The translations under genes were made by a program, and so were the position numbers. From positions 4,896,001-4,960,000 of the forward strand of contig OZ241917.1 of NCBI GenBank assembly GCA_965203805.1: a stretch of DNA of 64,000 nucleotides, given 5' to 3'. Below the pieces are notes generated by a model. The model saw only the letters and a list, made by a program, of their open reading frames with translations, was not told the origin of the DNA and ran no database searches. The DNA comes from Candidatus Latescibacterota bacterium. Its GTDB lineage: Bacteria; Latescibacterota; UBA2968; GCA-2709665. Positions 1 to 10,327 of this stretch are shown piece after piece. Each line of letters begins with the position of its first letter. Position 1 is the stretch's first letter.

Positions 1-2256
1 GATCGGATAGTCCAGCCGCTGCATGCGCCAGACCGCGCCGGTAAAGCCCCAAAGGCGTTCCGGCGCAAGTTTCCGCATCAGCTCGGGCGGAAACTTGAAG
101 GCGCCAGCGCCGAAGACGTGGGTTCTCAGAAACTCGAACGCCTCCCGCTGCCGGTCCGCCTGGACCGGTTCGAACGGCAGCCGCTTTCCGGGGTCGCCCA
201 CGTGGTCGCGCCGGTGATAGATTCCGCCGATGTATTTGGTGACATTGCGAGCGGCGAGGAAGTACTCCGTCAGGCCCTGCCCGAATACCCTCCTCAACTT
301 CTGGTACCGCCGGCCGGGAACCTCGAACTCGCCCTCCATCTTTCGCCAGAGTTCCTTCGCCAGCGCGATCCGATGCCGGTGGAACGCCAGCGGGTCCGCG
401 CCCAGGTCCCAGCGATTGACCGTCGGGTCGATACCCCGGGGCGCGCCGAAGGCGTCTTCGTCCGTGCCGTACGCGACCCGGGGGTCCGCGACTTTGGACG
501 CGATTCTGTCCAGCTCCTCCCGTTCCGCCTCCGGGTTTTCCGCGTCGATGGGTTTGTAGGCGTATTCGATCGCCCATTTGTCGTAGGGACCGAGTGTTAC
601 GGGAAAATAGTGCCCCTGCTTTGCTCCCACAGCCGCGATATTCGGCGGCAGGTAGTCCATCACCGAACTGGACAGGTCCTTGACGTTGTCTTTGTCCTGA
701 AGGCGTTCCGCGGGATGCAGGGTACTGGCCCTGAAGTTGTGGCGCAGGCCCAGAGTGTGCCCCATTTCGTGTGCGGCGATCATCGTCAGATAGTCGTTGA
801 TGAACTCCTGGCCCTCCTTCCCGGCCAGGTCGATTTCTCCCCGGGCGGCCAGCAGATTTCCCGCGAAGGCGGCCTGGTGGGCGGCGCCTTCGGCGTAGTC
901 GCAGAACCCGCGCAAATTGTGCCGCGTTCGATCCTGCGCCGGCAGTGGGCCGCCGGCTTCGGATACGGGATCCACGAATTCTTCGTATTCGCGGAACATC
1001 ACACGCGGAAAGTCCGCGCTGAAGCGGATGCTCGCGTGGATCAGTTCACCGGTGAGCGGGTTGGCTCGGGAGGGTCCCTGGGCATATATTCTGCGCGGAT
1101 TCACGAACCAGCGGACCATGTTGTATCGCGCGTCCGCGGCATCCCAGTCCGCGTCGTCCGGCTGCTGCCTGACCACGATGGCGTCCTTGAAACCGATGCG
1201 CTCGAAGGCCTCATTCCACATCAGGAGCCCCTTTTTCAAGGCATCCCGGTATTTCACGGGGACCGTCTTTTCCAGCCAGAAGACGATCGGTTTTCTGGGT
1301 TTCGAGAGTCTATCGCGGGGATTCTCCTTCTCCAGGTGCCACCGTTCCACGTACCGCGTGTAGGGCGTCTCCTTCTGAACCGTGCTGTAGTCCTGGTACA
1401 TGGTGAGGAAGTGGCCCACCCGATCGTCTCCCAGACGGGGTCGGTAGCCCGTCCGCGGCAGGGTGGAAAGGCTAAAGTGGTAGACGTGCTGAAAACTGCG
1501 CGGGTCGGGGAACGTGTAGGCCTCGAATTCGGGATTGGCCGTATTGAAGTGCAGAACCACTTCTATTTCCGTATTCAGCGGGAAGGACTTCACCTTTCCG
1601 AAGTAGCTGTTCTTGCCGTCGAACCGGTACTTCACCTTGCTGTTTCTGAACGCCGCCGCCACCATTGCCAGATCCTGAAGGAAGAGGCCGCTTGCATCCA
1701 CTAGAATGCTCTTCCTTTCCGGATGGGGTTCGCTGTCTACAATTTTCGCGACGCTGAGGATGGAATTCGTGACGCTCCGCTCTAACGCCCCCGTGATCGG
1801 GGCGTTTTCATCCGCCCGGAAGTAGACGTTCTTGTGAAGGAACTGCACGTTCTTTCCGACGCGTTTGAGAACAAAGGGAAAGCCGTAGTTCATGAAACTG
1901 GGAATCAGGGCCGTGGCGTCGAAGAAATAGCCGTCGGCCGCCTCGCGGGTGACCGCGCACAGAAAGAGCCTGTCGAACTGTCTGGGCCTGATTTCCATGT
2001 AGACTTTGCCTTCGTCGTCCTTGCGATAAACGGTAAAAAGCCCCGGGACGACTTCGAAGTCCTTCGTGACGTCCTCGAAGGTCTTCTTCTTTTTCTTCTT
2101 GTCTTTTTTCGCGGTCGTGTCCGCTTTCGTCTCTTTGGCTTTGACTTTCGCGGTGTCCGCCGATGTGGTGTCGGGTCTGGCTTCTTCCGCATGTACGGTT
2201 ACGGCCAATAGGGAGGCGAAGAAGATGTGGGTGAGCGTGACGATCGGCGGGCGCAT
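1..2256 (-). CDS. Secreted zinc-dependent metalloprotease (metzincin, DUF5117/DUF4953-like), 3' end outside the window
   Basis: Manual translation of the minus strand: ATG at 2256 with AGGAGGA RBS, signal peptide MRPPIVTLTHIFFASLLAVTVHA, and HEMGHTLGLRHNF (HExxHxxGxxH) followed by the SSVMDY Met-turn. The + strand ORF 118..1704 is its antisense shadow. Confidence 0.9.
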   Translation of the reverse strand, partial: MRPPIVTLTHIFFASLLAVTVHAEEARPDTTSADTAKVKAKETKADTTAKKDKKKKKKTFEDVTKDFEVVPGLFTVYRKDDEGKVYMEIRPRQFDRLFLCAVTREAADGYFFDATALIPSFMNYGFPFVLKRVGKNVQFLHKNVYFRADENAPITGALERSVTNSILSVAKIVDSEPHPERKSILVDASGLFLQDLAMVAAAFRNSKVKYRFDGKNSYFGKVKSFPLNTEIEVVLHFNTANPEFEAYTFPDPRSFQHVYHFSLSTLPRTGYRPRLGDDRVGHFLTMYQDYSTVQKETPYTRYVERWHLEKENPRDRLSKPRKPIVFWLEKTVPVKYRDALKKGLLMWNEAFERIGFKDAIVVRQQPDDADWDAADARYNMVRWFVNPRRIYAQGPSRANPLTGELIHASIRFSADFPRVMFREYEEFVDPVSEAGGPLPAQDRTRHNLRGFCDYAEGAAHQAAFAGNLLAARGEIDLAGKEGQEFINDYLTMIAAHEMGHTLGLRHNFRASTLHPAERLQDKDNVKDLSSSVMDYLPPNIAAVGAKQGHYFPVTLGPYDKWAIEYAYKPIDAENPEAEREELDRIASKVADPRVAYGTDEDAFGAPRGIDPTVNRWDLGADPLAFHRHRIALAKELWRKMEGEFEVPGRRYQKLRRVFGQGLTEYFLAARNVTKYIGGIYHRRDHVGDPGKRLPFEPVQADRQREAFEFLRTHVFGAGAFKFPPELMRKLAPERLWGFTGAVWRMQRLDYPI

Positions 2257-2352
2257 CCTGTCCTCCTGGCAGTTTATGTATTTCCCCGACACCCGATTGC
2301 ATGCGGCTCGCACGTCTGTTATTGGGACCGCGCTTCGTATGGAGGTCCCGGT

Positions 2353-2826
2353 TCATTCCGGACGAGCCGACCACAGCTTCAGTACGACCCGCACGGCGAG
2401 GCCGGTGATGCACCCCGCCGCGGCGGCCGAGAATACCACCCATCCGCCCTCCAGCAACACGAGCAATACGGCGCTGATTCCGAGCGACAACCCCCAGAAG
2501 AGACCCGCGCCGAGACTCCAGTCCAGCAGCACCGACACGAGGCCGACGCCCATGGCCGCGGGTATGGCCGCGACGAACCCCACGATCACCCCGTCGAACG
2601 GGCCCCAGAAGACTCCCGCGCCGACGCCAAGACCCAGCACCATGCCAACACCGGTGCTGATGTCGCTGCCCATCCCCACGATCAAGCCCAGCACGAGACC
2701 CCAACCCAGCCCCAGCCCCGCGGCGTGTTGCCAGCCCGGCTCCCCGACCATATCGTGCGAAAACGGTCCCATCAGGACAAAGGCCACGGCGAAAACGAAT
2801 CCACCGTGGATGACTTGCCGCAACAC
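2353..2826 (-). CDS. Glycine-rich multi-pass membrane protein, unknown function
   Basis: Hydrophobic GxxxG-rich ORF; likely GTG start at 2826 with AGGAG RBS (the ORF-track extension to 2931 runs through a palindromic repeat). Confidence 0.6.
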   Translation of the reverse strand: MLRQVIHGGFVFAVAFVLMGPFSHDMVGEPGWQHAAGLGLGWGLVLGLIVGMGSDISTGVGMVLGLGVGAGVFWGPFDGVIVGFVAAIPAAMGVGLVSVLLDWSLGAGLFWGLSLGISAVLLVLLEGGWVVFSAAAAGCITGLAVRVVLKLWSARPE

Positions 2827-2890
2827 CGCTGCTCCTGTTCCGCTTCGATTGCCCAAACTGTCATGCCGAGTAAGCCGGTTTAAAGGTGGG

Positions 2891-2945
2891 GCCTGCCTGC
2901 AGCGCAGGTCGCTGCGCAGGCAGGCAGACATTCCTGTCTGCCTGC
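2891..2945. repeat. REP/MITE-like palindrome GCCTGCCTGC...GCAGGCAGGC abutting a GGCAGACATTCCTGTCTGCC hairpin
   Basis: gcctgcctgcagcgcaggtcgctgcgcaggcaggc; a near-identical copy in reverse orientation lies at about 63254-63288. Confidence 0.75.
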
Positions 2946-3071
2946 TTCGTTGATCTTTCTGTCGAAATAAAAACAGAAGTGAATCCTGCGGCGTCGAAGG
3001 ACGATCGAAGGCTGATGCGGTGGGGGGGTGTCAGTCCATTCAGCGACCGCTGCAGGGTATGCCGTAATTCA

Positions 3072-3473
3072 TCAGTCGTCGCTGGAGGATGACGCCGGTT
3101 CGACCAACTGATCCATCGATACGCCGAGCGCGCGGCCGAGTCTGCGAAACAGGTCGAGCGTCCCGGACTTGTGCCCGTTCTCGATCTGCGACAGATACCC
3201 CCTGGAGACGCCTGCCAATCCGGCCAGTCCGGCCAGCGTGAACCCGCGGTGCGTTCGCCATGCGCGCAACGGGGATCCGCCGTTCAGTGTGGCCTTAACG
3301 ATGTCGCCAGGAACCGTATCGCCTGCTGCATCATCTGACCAGGCCCTGTCGATGGCGGCGGAATCCTCGGCGTCTTCGAGCGCCGCTGCCATACGGCGGT
3401 ACGCTTCGATCCGAATAACGGCATATTCAGGCTCCCCATCCTTCACTATGATCTGTACGTCTTGATCGCTCAT
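3072..3473 (-). CDS. XRE-family HTH antitoxin (HigA-like)
   Basis: C-terminal HTH (LRAWRTHRGFTLAGLAGLAGVSRGYLSQIENG); 4-bp overlap with the upstream RelE-type toxin. Confidence 0.85.
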   Translation of the reverse strand: MSDQDVQIIVKDGEPEYAVIRIEAYRRMAAALEDAEDSAAIDRAWSDDAAGDTVPGDIVKATLNGGSPLRAWRTHRGFTLAGLAGLAGVSRGYLSQIENGHKSGTLDLFRRLGRALGVSMDQLVEPASSSSDD

Positions 3474-3730
3474 CGGTAAATCTGCCCTCGCGTGTCAATT
3501 TTCGCGACCAGCAGCACCCGTTGCTCGTCGTTGATCGAGTAGATCACCCGCCAGTCACCCAACCTTAGTCGAAAGTCGCGGTCTCTACCCTGAATCTGTG
3601 TGGCGTTCGGATGCCTACCATACGGGTCTGCCGCAATCGCGTCGATCCTGGCGCAGACCCGCTGGGCGGTGCTGCGCGGCATGCCAAATAGCCGGCGTGC
3701 GGCCTGCTTCTGATAGCGGACTTCGTACAT
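3470..3730 (-). CDS. RelE/ParE-family toxin (toxin-first HigBA arrangement)
   Basis: 86 aa with FRLRLGDWRVIYSIND...LLVAKIDTRGQIYR, typical RelE C-terminus. Confidence 0.9.
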   Translation of the reverse strand: MYEVRYQKQAARRLFGMPRSTAQRVCARIDAIAADPYGRHPNATQIQGRDRDFRLRLGDWRVIYSINDEQRVLLVAKIDTRGQIYR

Positions 3731-3736
3731 CCACCA

Positions 3737-3764
3737 AATTTACCCGATGTTTTCTATTTGTCAA
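3737..3764 (-). promoter_or_regulatory. Sigma70-type promoter of the TA operon, probably leaderless
   Basis: TTGACA-N16-TAAATT on the minus strand, ending 6 nt before the ATG at 3730. Confidence 0.5.
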
Positions 3765-4002
3765 CTATTTTATAAAATTAGTTTTCTATTGGTTAATATA
3801 TGATCTGAAGCAAAGGGGAGGATGAACCGACGGAGGCCGCTTTTATGGAATGTATGTATAGCCCAGTTGGCTTTGATGTTGCGGCGATGAACTCACATAG
3901 ATGGACAGGATAAGCACCAGGACCTTTCAATCCCGTTCATCCTGTCGATCCATGTTTCGGTCCTTCATGTTGGGCATCATGCCTACCTCATGCTATCGGT
4001 GT

Positions 4003-5289
4003 CTAACCGGCTCGCAGGACCGTGTCGATGGCGGCGCGGACGATCTTCTCCGACTTTCCCGACACAAAGGCGTCTATTGGCTCATACCCGCCCTCGTCAA
4101 AGGAGGTTTCCATGGTGATGTACCCCGTCCCCTGGTCTCCGTATCCCGCCACGGCGACGAAGGCGTCCGGGCGGCTTTCCTGAGCGTGCAACTGGTATTC
4201 GATGAAGATCTCGCCCGGCAGATTGACCACCGCCACCCGGTCGTTGAGATGCATGCAGGTAATCGGAATGGGTCGCTCGCGGCGGCGCAGATAGGTCAGC
4301 ATGAGCGCGGCTTTGCTGTTTCCCTTTGACCGGCTGGCCGGCTTTGCGATTTGCGCCAGCAGGTTTTCCTCGTCCAGGTCCTCCCGCGGCGGCAGCCGAA
4401 CCGGTTCGACGGTCCAGCGTATCCCCTCCAGCGCCTCGCGCGTACTGCCCTGTTCCGATTCCATCATGGCGGTATGGATACGCCCGGTAAATAGCTCGCG
4501 GTTGTCGGCCACGCCGTCGTTGTACTTTCCGGCGGTGACGTTACCCGCGCACCCGGTGAAGTAGATGTGCGGCACCCCGCTTTCTTCCGTGCGGCGGTTG
4601 CGGGCCAGGCCGACGAACTCAGGCGTGACAAGCCCGGTGCCATCCATGCTGGTTGGATGGGTGGCATAGTAATGAACGAGGGCCACCGGCTCATCCTGAT
4701 GGTAATAACCGATCGTCTTGAGCATGGGGTCGATGACACCCTCGGGCGCTGCCCGCACCTCCGGATCGGGCGTCTTGGTCCAGCGCACGGCGGCCACCTT
4801 CCCGTCCGGCCCCATAACCCGCCTGTTGGAGGCAATCCTGTCGACTCTGGCCTCGCCAGTCGATATATGTGTGCAGGGCTGCAGCCTGTCCATGGCCTCA
4901 CCCGCTGCCTGTGCCGCCCGGGTCCTCACGCTTTCGGCCCAGTCTCCGGCCATAATTACATCGGTATGGCCGTACGAATCGAGAATATGCTGGGCGTCGC
5001 GATCGGGCCACGGGGTATCGTGGGCGTGGGTGCAGTGCACGGCCACGCGGTCCGCCTCGGTGCCTGCCGCCACGGCCAGCGCTTCGCGCCACCGGTCGTA
5101 GTCGCCGTTGCTCAATTCGGCCCAGTCCAGGGCGCACAGGACCATGGGCGGCTGGTCGTCCGGCACGATCACCAGGCCCAGGGCGGCAAGGGGGTCCAGA
5201 ATACCTTTGGCGGAAGGATACCATCCCGCGCAAAGCGGATGCCCCAGCGGCGGGGTCACGTCGGATTGAAAGGTGGCGATCCGGATCAT
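4003..5289 (-). CDS. Neutral/alkaline ceramidase-like hypothetical protein
   Basis: DVTPPLG, HCTHAH, YATHP, GCAGN and LPGEIF motifs typical of this family; ATG at 5289 with GGAG RBS. Confidence 0.7.
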   Translation of the reverse strand: MIRIATFQSDVTPPLGHPLCAGWYPSAKGILDPLAALGLVIVPDDQPPMVLCALDWAELSNGDYDRWREALAVAAGTEADRVAVHCTHAHDTPWPDRDAQHILDSYGHTDVIMAGDWAESVRTRAAQAAGEAMDRLQPCTHISTGEARVDRIASNRRVMGPDGKVAAVRWTKTPDPEVRAAPEGVIDPMLKTIGYYHQDEPVALVHYYATHPTSMDGTGLVTPEFVGLARNRRTEESGVPHIYFTGCAGNVTAGKYNDGVADNRELFTGRIHTAMMESEQGSTREALEGIRWTVEPVRLPPREDLDEENLLAQIAKPASRSKGNSKAALMLTYLRRRERPIPITCMHLNDRVAVVNLPGEIFIEYQLHAQESRPDAFVAVAGYGDQGTGYITMETSFDEGGYEPIDAFVSGKSEKIVRAAIDTVLRAG

Positions 5290-5465
5290 GGCTTCTCCAT
5301 ATTGAGCCGGCCCCGGCATTGCGTGCGGGCTGTGCCGACGCGAAAGGGGATCCCGGGAATTTGAATGAAAAAAGGGTGGGCGAACGGCAAAGTACGGCGG
5401 GGATTACATACTGTCAACCCGAAACATGGATCGAGGCGCTCGAGATAGAGTAGGCAAGAAACTCA

Positions 5466-5490
5466 CATGGATGGACAGGATACACAGGAT
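5466..5490 (+). repeat. Intergenic CATGGATGGACAGGAT(N)ACAGGAT repeat family
   Basis: Related copies at about 3896-3925, 3930-3957 (inverted), 9461-9490 (inverted), 33472-33502 (inverted), and interrupted copies at 29917 and 35335. Confidence 0.7.
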
Positions 5491-5725
5491 AAAGCGCAAA
5501 ACCGACAACAAAATCCCTTACCCGTCAATATCCAACGCTCATTGGGTCCGGGCATCAAGACTGTCTGAATCCACGAGCGTAGGCACTGGATGGATTGAAA
5601 TGGCGCGTGGAAAAAAACCGGTGTCGGCGTATCACTTCGCGTGTTCCATTATCTCCCAGAAGCCGGTATATTTGACGCAGACATCCCAGTGTGATCAATT
5701 CGGATTATCTCGAGTGAGTACCGCG

Positions 5726-7858
5726 ATGGAGCGTTTTTCAGTGGAACATCTGCTTCAGTTGAAGGTGCCGGCTACCCGGGTACCCTTCGATCTCAGTTCC
5801 GATGGGCGTTTTCTGGCGCTTACGATGGTGGCCGTCGGCCGCAACCGATCGGTATTGACATCCGGGGACCCTTCCGGCGTTCCCCAGGAAGTCATGCGGC
5901 CCACGGTTGTCGTCTTCGATACCGAGGCGTCGGATTTCGAATATCCATTCGGCGAAGCCGCGGTCTCCTGGGCGCCTCAGTGGTCTCCGGACGGTCGCCG
6001 TCTTGCAGCCTATGTTCAGGAAGAGGCCAATCCGGCCTGCCTGGCGATATGGGACCGGAACACGTCGACGACGGAAGTGTACGAGAACGCGAAATACGTC
6101 GGCGATTACGGCTTTGAGGTCCCCAGGTGGACAAACGACGGACGCCGGATTCTGATGAAGGCGGATCCGGGGAAACAGGACGCCGGCGCCGAGGATTCCG
6201 GAGAGAATGGCATTCAACGGCGGACTTCCGCCGAATCGGTTGTCGTCCCTATCGATGACTGGGAGAAACGTGGAGACCTCATCGCGGTGGACGTGGGGTC
6301 GGGGGAGGTTTCTGTGCTGGCGGAGAATTGGTCGTTTCGATGCTGGCGCCCGTCTCCCGACGGGACCCGCGTTGCCTGTCTGCGCATCGAGGGGCACAGG
6401 AAGCTATCGGGTGGGAACCTGTGCGATTTGATGGTTATCGACATCGACAGCGGGAAGACGCTGTGCGCCGCCCGAGGGATCGTGCAGTCGTACACGACCG
6501 CATTCAACTGGTCGCCTGATGGCACGCGGCTATGCTATATGACGTGGGGCGGGGAGAACTCCGGCCATCCCCACGTGGTCGGAATGGATGGTGGGAGCCG
6601 ACCGATCGATATCGCAGGTGAAAGCGGTGCGTACGTCAGAAAAATCGACGACTCCTACGAATTGCCTCCCAGGTGGCGTCCGGATTCGAAGGAAATACTG
6701 CTGCCCGTACCGGACGGTATCCGGGTCTTCGATGCGGCCGGAGAGGCCCAGCGAAAACTCTCGGTGCCGGACGGTTACAGGGTGTCGACCTGGCTGCTTC
6801 CACAGGAAGACCCGGTGGCAGATACGCGCAAGGTACCCCTCGCCGTAACTCGAAAGGACGAGACGCTCTGTATCGCGGAGGTGGGCCTCGATAGCGGGGC
6901 GTTTCGTGAAAAGCTGGCGTTAGACGGCGCAATCCAGTCTTGCACGCTGCTGAACGAGGCGTCAGGTGATGATGGTTCGATATTCATCGCGCGGGAGACC
7001 GCAATAAAGCCACCGGAGGTCATCAGAATCAGCCGAAGCGGCGACGTCAGGCGGATTTTCGATCCGCTGCCTTCGATCGAGTCTATCAGTATGGGCACGC
7101 CGGAGCTTGTTGAATTCAACGTGGACGGCAATGAGAGCTACAAGGCGGCTCTGATGCTGCCTCCCGGTTACGATGGAACGCGGCCTGTGCCGGCAATCAC
7201 CGTGGTTTATGGCGATTACGCATACTCTGAGGATATATACAGATTCGGATTTATGGAAACCCCATCCGAGGACAACGCCCATTTTCTGGCACACCGGGGT
7301 TACGCGGTGGTGTACCCGGATACCGACCTCTCGGGACGCGACCCGATGATTGAGATCGCGGCCAGAACGACGCCCGTGATCGAGCACCTGATCGATCGGG
7401 GAACCATCGACCCGAATCGGATCGGACTCTACGGTCACAGTTACGGCGCTTATTCCGTGCTGGCGCTCCTGACGCAGACAAAGCTCTTCAGGGCCGCCGT
7501 ATGCAACGCGCCGATTGCGAATTTGACGAGTTTCTACAGTCAGCAGGACTGGTTCTGGTTCGAGTCGGGACAGGGAGGAATGGGAAAGCCGCCCTGGGGC
7601 GATCCCGTGGCGTACGTCCGCAACTCTCCGTTGTTCCTTCTGGATCAAATTGAGGCGTCGTTGCTGCTCGTCAACGGCAGCGAGGACACAGCCTCTGCAA
7701 GGCAGGCTGAGGAAGTGTTCAAGGGGCTGTTGAGGCTCGGGCGGAAGGTGGAGTGGATCCAATATGAAGGCGCAGACCATTTCACGCCTGAGTGGGAGTA
7801 CACCAAGCTCAGGCATCTGTGCAATACCATGCTCGATTGGTTCGATGAACACCTGTAG
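5726..7858 (+). CDS. S9 family prolyl oligopeptidase / acylaminoacyl peptidase
   Basis: N-terminal WSPDG beta-propeller repeats; catalytic GHSYG, then Asp (GSED) and His (GADH). Confidence 0.9.
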   Translation: MERFSVEHLLQLKVPATRVPFDLSSDGRFLALTMVAVGRNRSVLTSGDPSGVPQEVMRPTVVVFDTEASDFEYPFGEAAVSWAPQWSPDGRRLAAYVQEEANPACLAIWDRNTSTTEVYENAKYVGDYGFEVPRWTNDGRRILMKADPGKQDAGAEDSGENGIQRRTSAESVVVPIDDWEKRGDLIAVDVGSGEVSVLAENWSFRCWRPSPDGTRVACLRIEGHRKLSGGNLCDLMVIDIDSGKTLCAARGIVQSYTTAFNWSPDGTRLCYMTWGGENSGHPHVVGMDGGSRPIDIAGESGAYVRKIDDSYELPPRWRPDSKEILLPVPDGIRVFDAAGEAQRKLSVPDGYRVSTWLLPQEDPVADTRKVPLAVTRKDETLCIAEVGLDSGAFREKLALDGAIQSCTLLNEASGDDGSIFIARETAIKPPEVIRISRSGDVRRIFDPLPSIESISMGTPELVEFNVDGNESYKAALMLPPGYDGTRPVPAITVVYGDYAYSEDIYRFGFMETPSEDNAHFLAHRGYAVVYPDTDLSGRDPMIEIAARTTPVIEHLIDRGTIDPNRIGLYGHSYGAYSVLALLTQTKLFRAAVCNAPIANLTSFYSQQDWFWFESGQGGMGKPPWGDPVAYVRNSPLFLLDQIEASLLLVNGSEDTASARQAEEVFKGLLRLGRKVEWIQYEGADHFTPEWEYTKLRHLCNTMLDWFDEHL

Positions 7859-7921
7859 GATAATTCCCGGTTCTCTACACGCGCTTCCCGCGCATCCTTC
7901 CGCATTCTTCCTATCCCCACC

Positions 7922-7950
7922 TTGACAGTGGGACCGAAAAATACTATACT
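7922..7950 (+). promoter_or_regulatory. Near-consensus sigma70 promoter
   Basis: TTGACA-N17-TATACT. Confidence 0.7.
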
Positions 7951-7979
7951 GATGTGCAGTATATTTCTTTCCCCGTTCC

Positions 7980-8219
7980 GCGGATGATCAACTGAAACTC
8001 GAAGGGATTTTTCATTCCCTACATGATGGCGAAATTATCGAAGATTATCCGCATGATGAACCCTACCCAAGTTGTCTGATATATGGAAATAATGCGGATG
8101 GAGAGCCGATTCATAGCGTATGGGCGTACGATGACCGGAATCAAAGGGCAATTCTGATTACTGTCTATCGACCCAATCCAGGACGATGGATCAATTGGCG
8201 AGAGAGGAGGACCCGGTGA
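7980..8219 (+). pseudogene. 5'-truncated DUF4258-family toxin
   Basis: Frame reads ADDQLKLEGIFHSLHDGEIIEDYPHDEPYPSCLIYG...PIHSVWAYD...LITVYRPNPGRW; no in-frame start found after the promoter; TGA overlaps the ATG of the YgiT gene. Confidence 0.7.
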
Positions 8220-9349
8220 TGGCGTCCTATGAGGAATGTCCGGTTTGTGGCGGTCCGATTGTTGAGGGGGAAATCGAGGAGATTTTACGTGGAGACGTCG
8301 TAAGGGAGACGGCAAGAATCCGGACCGACGTCTGCCTGAAATGTGGGGAACGCCTTTATACGCCGGAGGCGGCACAACGTCTCGAAAACACAAGGTCAAG
8401 GCAAGAGATCAGGAAAACGGCTGTTGTCCAAAACAAGGCGCTTTGTGCCAAAATGGAATACGAGGTCTGGTTTCTCAATTTTCTGGAACAGCGAATCGAC
8501 CGGGCTAGAGAGATCGACCAAAGCCCTGTGCTCAGAATCACGAGCGGAGTTGAACCCTCGAACATCAAGATGACGTTCGTAGATTCATTCTCGAATGATG
8601 CATCGCTCATCCATGCGATGATGCCGCTCACACTTGTTGGTTCCTTCAAAGTGCTCGATATGATCTTCGAATGGGTCCTCGAAGAGAATTGCAAATTGGG
8701 AAAAATCCGACAGGTTCCGTGGCGCTTCACTGATAAGGAAAAGCTACTCAAGAACGTATCCAATCTCCAGTTGCCTCCTCTCTTAGTGAAGAATGCACAC
8801 TTTTTCACCTATGCCAGGGCGCTTTTTCTCACACTGGCGCGATTTCGGAATGAGGTCGTGCACAGCAATAGCTTTTCCGTATCCAGAGATACATTGACTC
8901 TGTCGAGTTCCCGATCTGGCGCCAACCTGACCCTGTCCGGGAAACAGATGGACTGTCTGGTGAGGTTCGTGCGCATTCTCGCCCGTTCGCTAATCGGCGA
9001 GGTTTCTGTCGACGCATACAAGCACAGGTTGATTCGCTCTTGCCTCGACGTACTCGCGCCTGTTCACGGGTTGGGGACGTTCAATCAACAGATGCCTCGA
9101 TTCGCGCGCGTGGAATTCACCGTGCCCAGAAAAGGACCCGCTTTCCCAGCGAATTTGAAACAGGTGAGGGAGTTGATTTCGAAGACATTTCGAGATCAGG
9201 AAGTGTTCTTTGACCTCAAGGTGCGGGCTGTCGACGGCGACAATCTCGTCGCCAGGTGGCATTTTTCGCCGGATGAAGTGCCGGACGGGGACCAGTTGAC
9301 GCTCTACGAAGAATCCCACAAGACAAACCGGGTAGAAGTCGTCAGCTAA
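8219..9349 (+). CDS. YgiT/MqsA-type zinc finger fused to a putative HEPN-like domain
   Basis: CPVCGG...VCLKCGERLYTPE zinc ribbon, then about 300 aa containing RNEVVH (Rx4H). Confidence 0.65.
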   Translation: MASYEECPVCGGPIVEGEIEEILRGDVVRETARIRTDVCLKCGERLYTPEAAQRLENTRSRQEIRKTAVVQNKALCAKMEYEVWFLNFLEQRIDRAREIDQSPVLRITSGVEPSNIKMTFVDSFSNDASLIHAMMPLTLVGSFKVLDMIFEWVLEENCKLGKIRQVPWRFTDKEKLLKNVSNLQLPPLLVKNAHFFTYARALFLTLARFRNEVVHSNSFSVSRDTLTLSSSRSGANLTLSGKQMDCLVRFVRILARSLIGEVSVDAYKHRLIRSCLDVLAPVHGLGTFNQQMPRFARVEFTVPRKGPAFPANLKQVRELISKTFRDQEVFFDLKVRAVDGDNLVARWHFSPDEVPDGDQLTLYEESHKTNRVEVVS

Positions 9350-9515
9350 GAGTCAACCTACGGATTCTAGTGATTTCAGGTCTGGTTCTGTAATTCCCTT
9401 GTGCGGGTTGTTCCCCGCATAGTCAGTATAATCCGCAGTCTGTCGTATTGGTTTTTCGCTTTCATCCTGTTTATCCTGTGCATCCATGTTTCCCGTCTGA
9501 GCAGAGGGCATCTCA

Positions 9516-10313
9516 ATGTCCCGCAAGAGCGCTATCGAGTGGACCAACGCGACCTGGAATCCGGTTACCGGATGCACGAAGGTGAGCGCCGGCTGCGACC
9601 ACTGTTACGCCGAACGGCTTTCCGAGCGGTTTCGAGGCGTTAAGGGACACCCGTTCGAGACCGGCTTCGAACTGACGCTTCGACCCGCGCGCCTGGAACA
9701 GCCGCTGGGGTGGCGGCGGCCGCAGCTCATTTTCGTCAATTCGATGAGCGACCTGTTCCACAAGGATATTCCTGCGGACTACATTCATGGCGTATTCGAC
9801 ACCATGGAACGCGCGGACTGGCACATCTATCAGGTGCTCACCAAGCGCAGTTCCCTGATGCGCCGGTTCGTCGAAGAAAGGTATCCGAACGGACCGGCGC
9901 CACCACATATCTGGCTTGGCGTCTCCATTGAGAACGACACGGCGCTCACGCGGCTCCGACACCTCAAGGAGACCAACGCGTCCGTACGTTTCGTCTCATT
10001 CGAGCCATTGCTGGGCCCGATCGGGACGGTGAATCTTGAGGATGTTCACTGGGTGATTGCGGGAGGGGAAAGCGGACCCAGAGCACGTCCGATTGAGGCG
10101 GAATGGGTACGTGAATTGCGGAACCAGTGCGAGACCCAGCGCGTCGCCTTCTTCTTCAAACAATGGGGCGGGAGGACCCCGAAAGCGAACGGCAATACGC
10201 TGGACGGAAGGGAATGGATGGAGTATCCGGAGAGCGGAGGAAGGGGCGTGGACATTGAAACGATTCCGCAGTCGCATCACCAATCATTCACGACACTTGA
10301 TAAGCTATCCTGA
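9516..10313 (+). CDS. Phage Gp37/Gp68-family (DUF5131) radical-SAM-like protein
   Basis: SAIEWTNATWNPVTGCTKVSAGCDHCYA, FVNSMSDLFH, WVIAGGESG, FFFKQWGG. Confidence 0.95.
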   Translation: MSRKSAIEWTNATWNPVTGCTKVSAGCDHCYAERLSERFRGVKGHPFETGFELTLRPARLEQPLGWRRPQLIFVNSMSDLFHKDIPADYIHGVFDTMERADWHIYQVLTKRSSLMRRFVEERYPNGPAPPHIWLGVSIENDTALTRLRHLKETNASVRFVSFEPLLGPIGTVNLEDVHWVIAGGESGPRARPIEAEWVRELRNQCETQRVAFFFKQWGGRTPKANGNTLDGREWMEYPESGGRGVDIETIPQSHHQSFTTLDKLS

Positions 10314-10327
10314 CGTCCTAGGACATG

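Noticed and set aside
118-1704. 528-aa plus-strand ORF
   Set aside because: Antisense shadow of the minus-strand metalloprotease, which has clear motifs and an RBS.
9516-10313. Prophage, suggested by the Gp37/Gp68 family name
   Set aside because: No structural, terminase, integrase or replication genes in the window.
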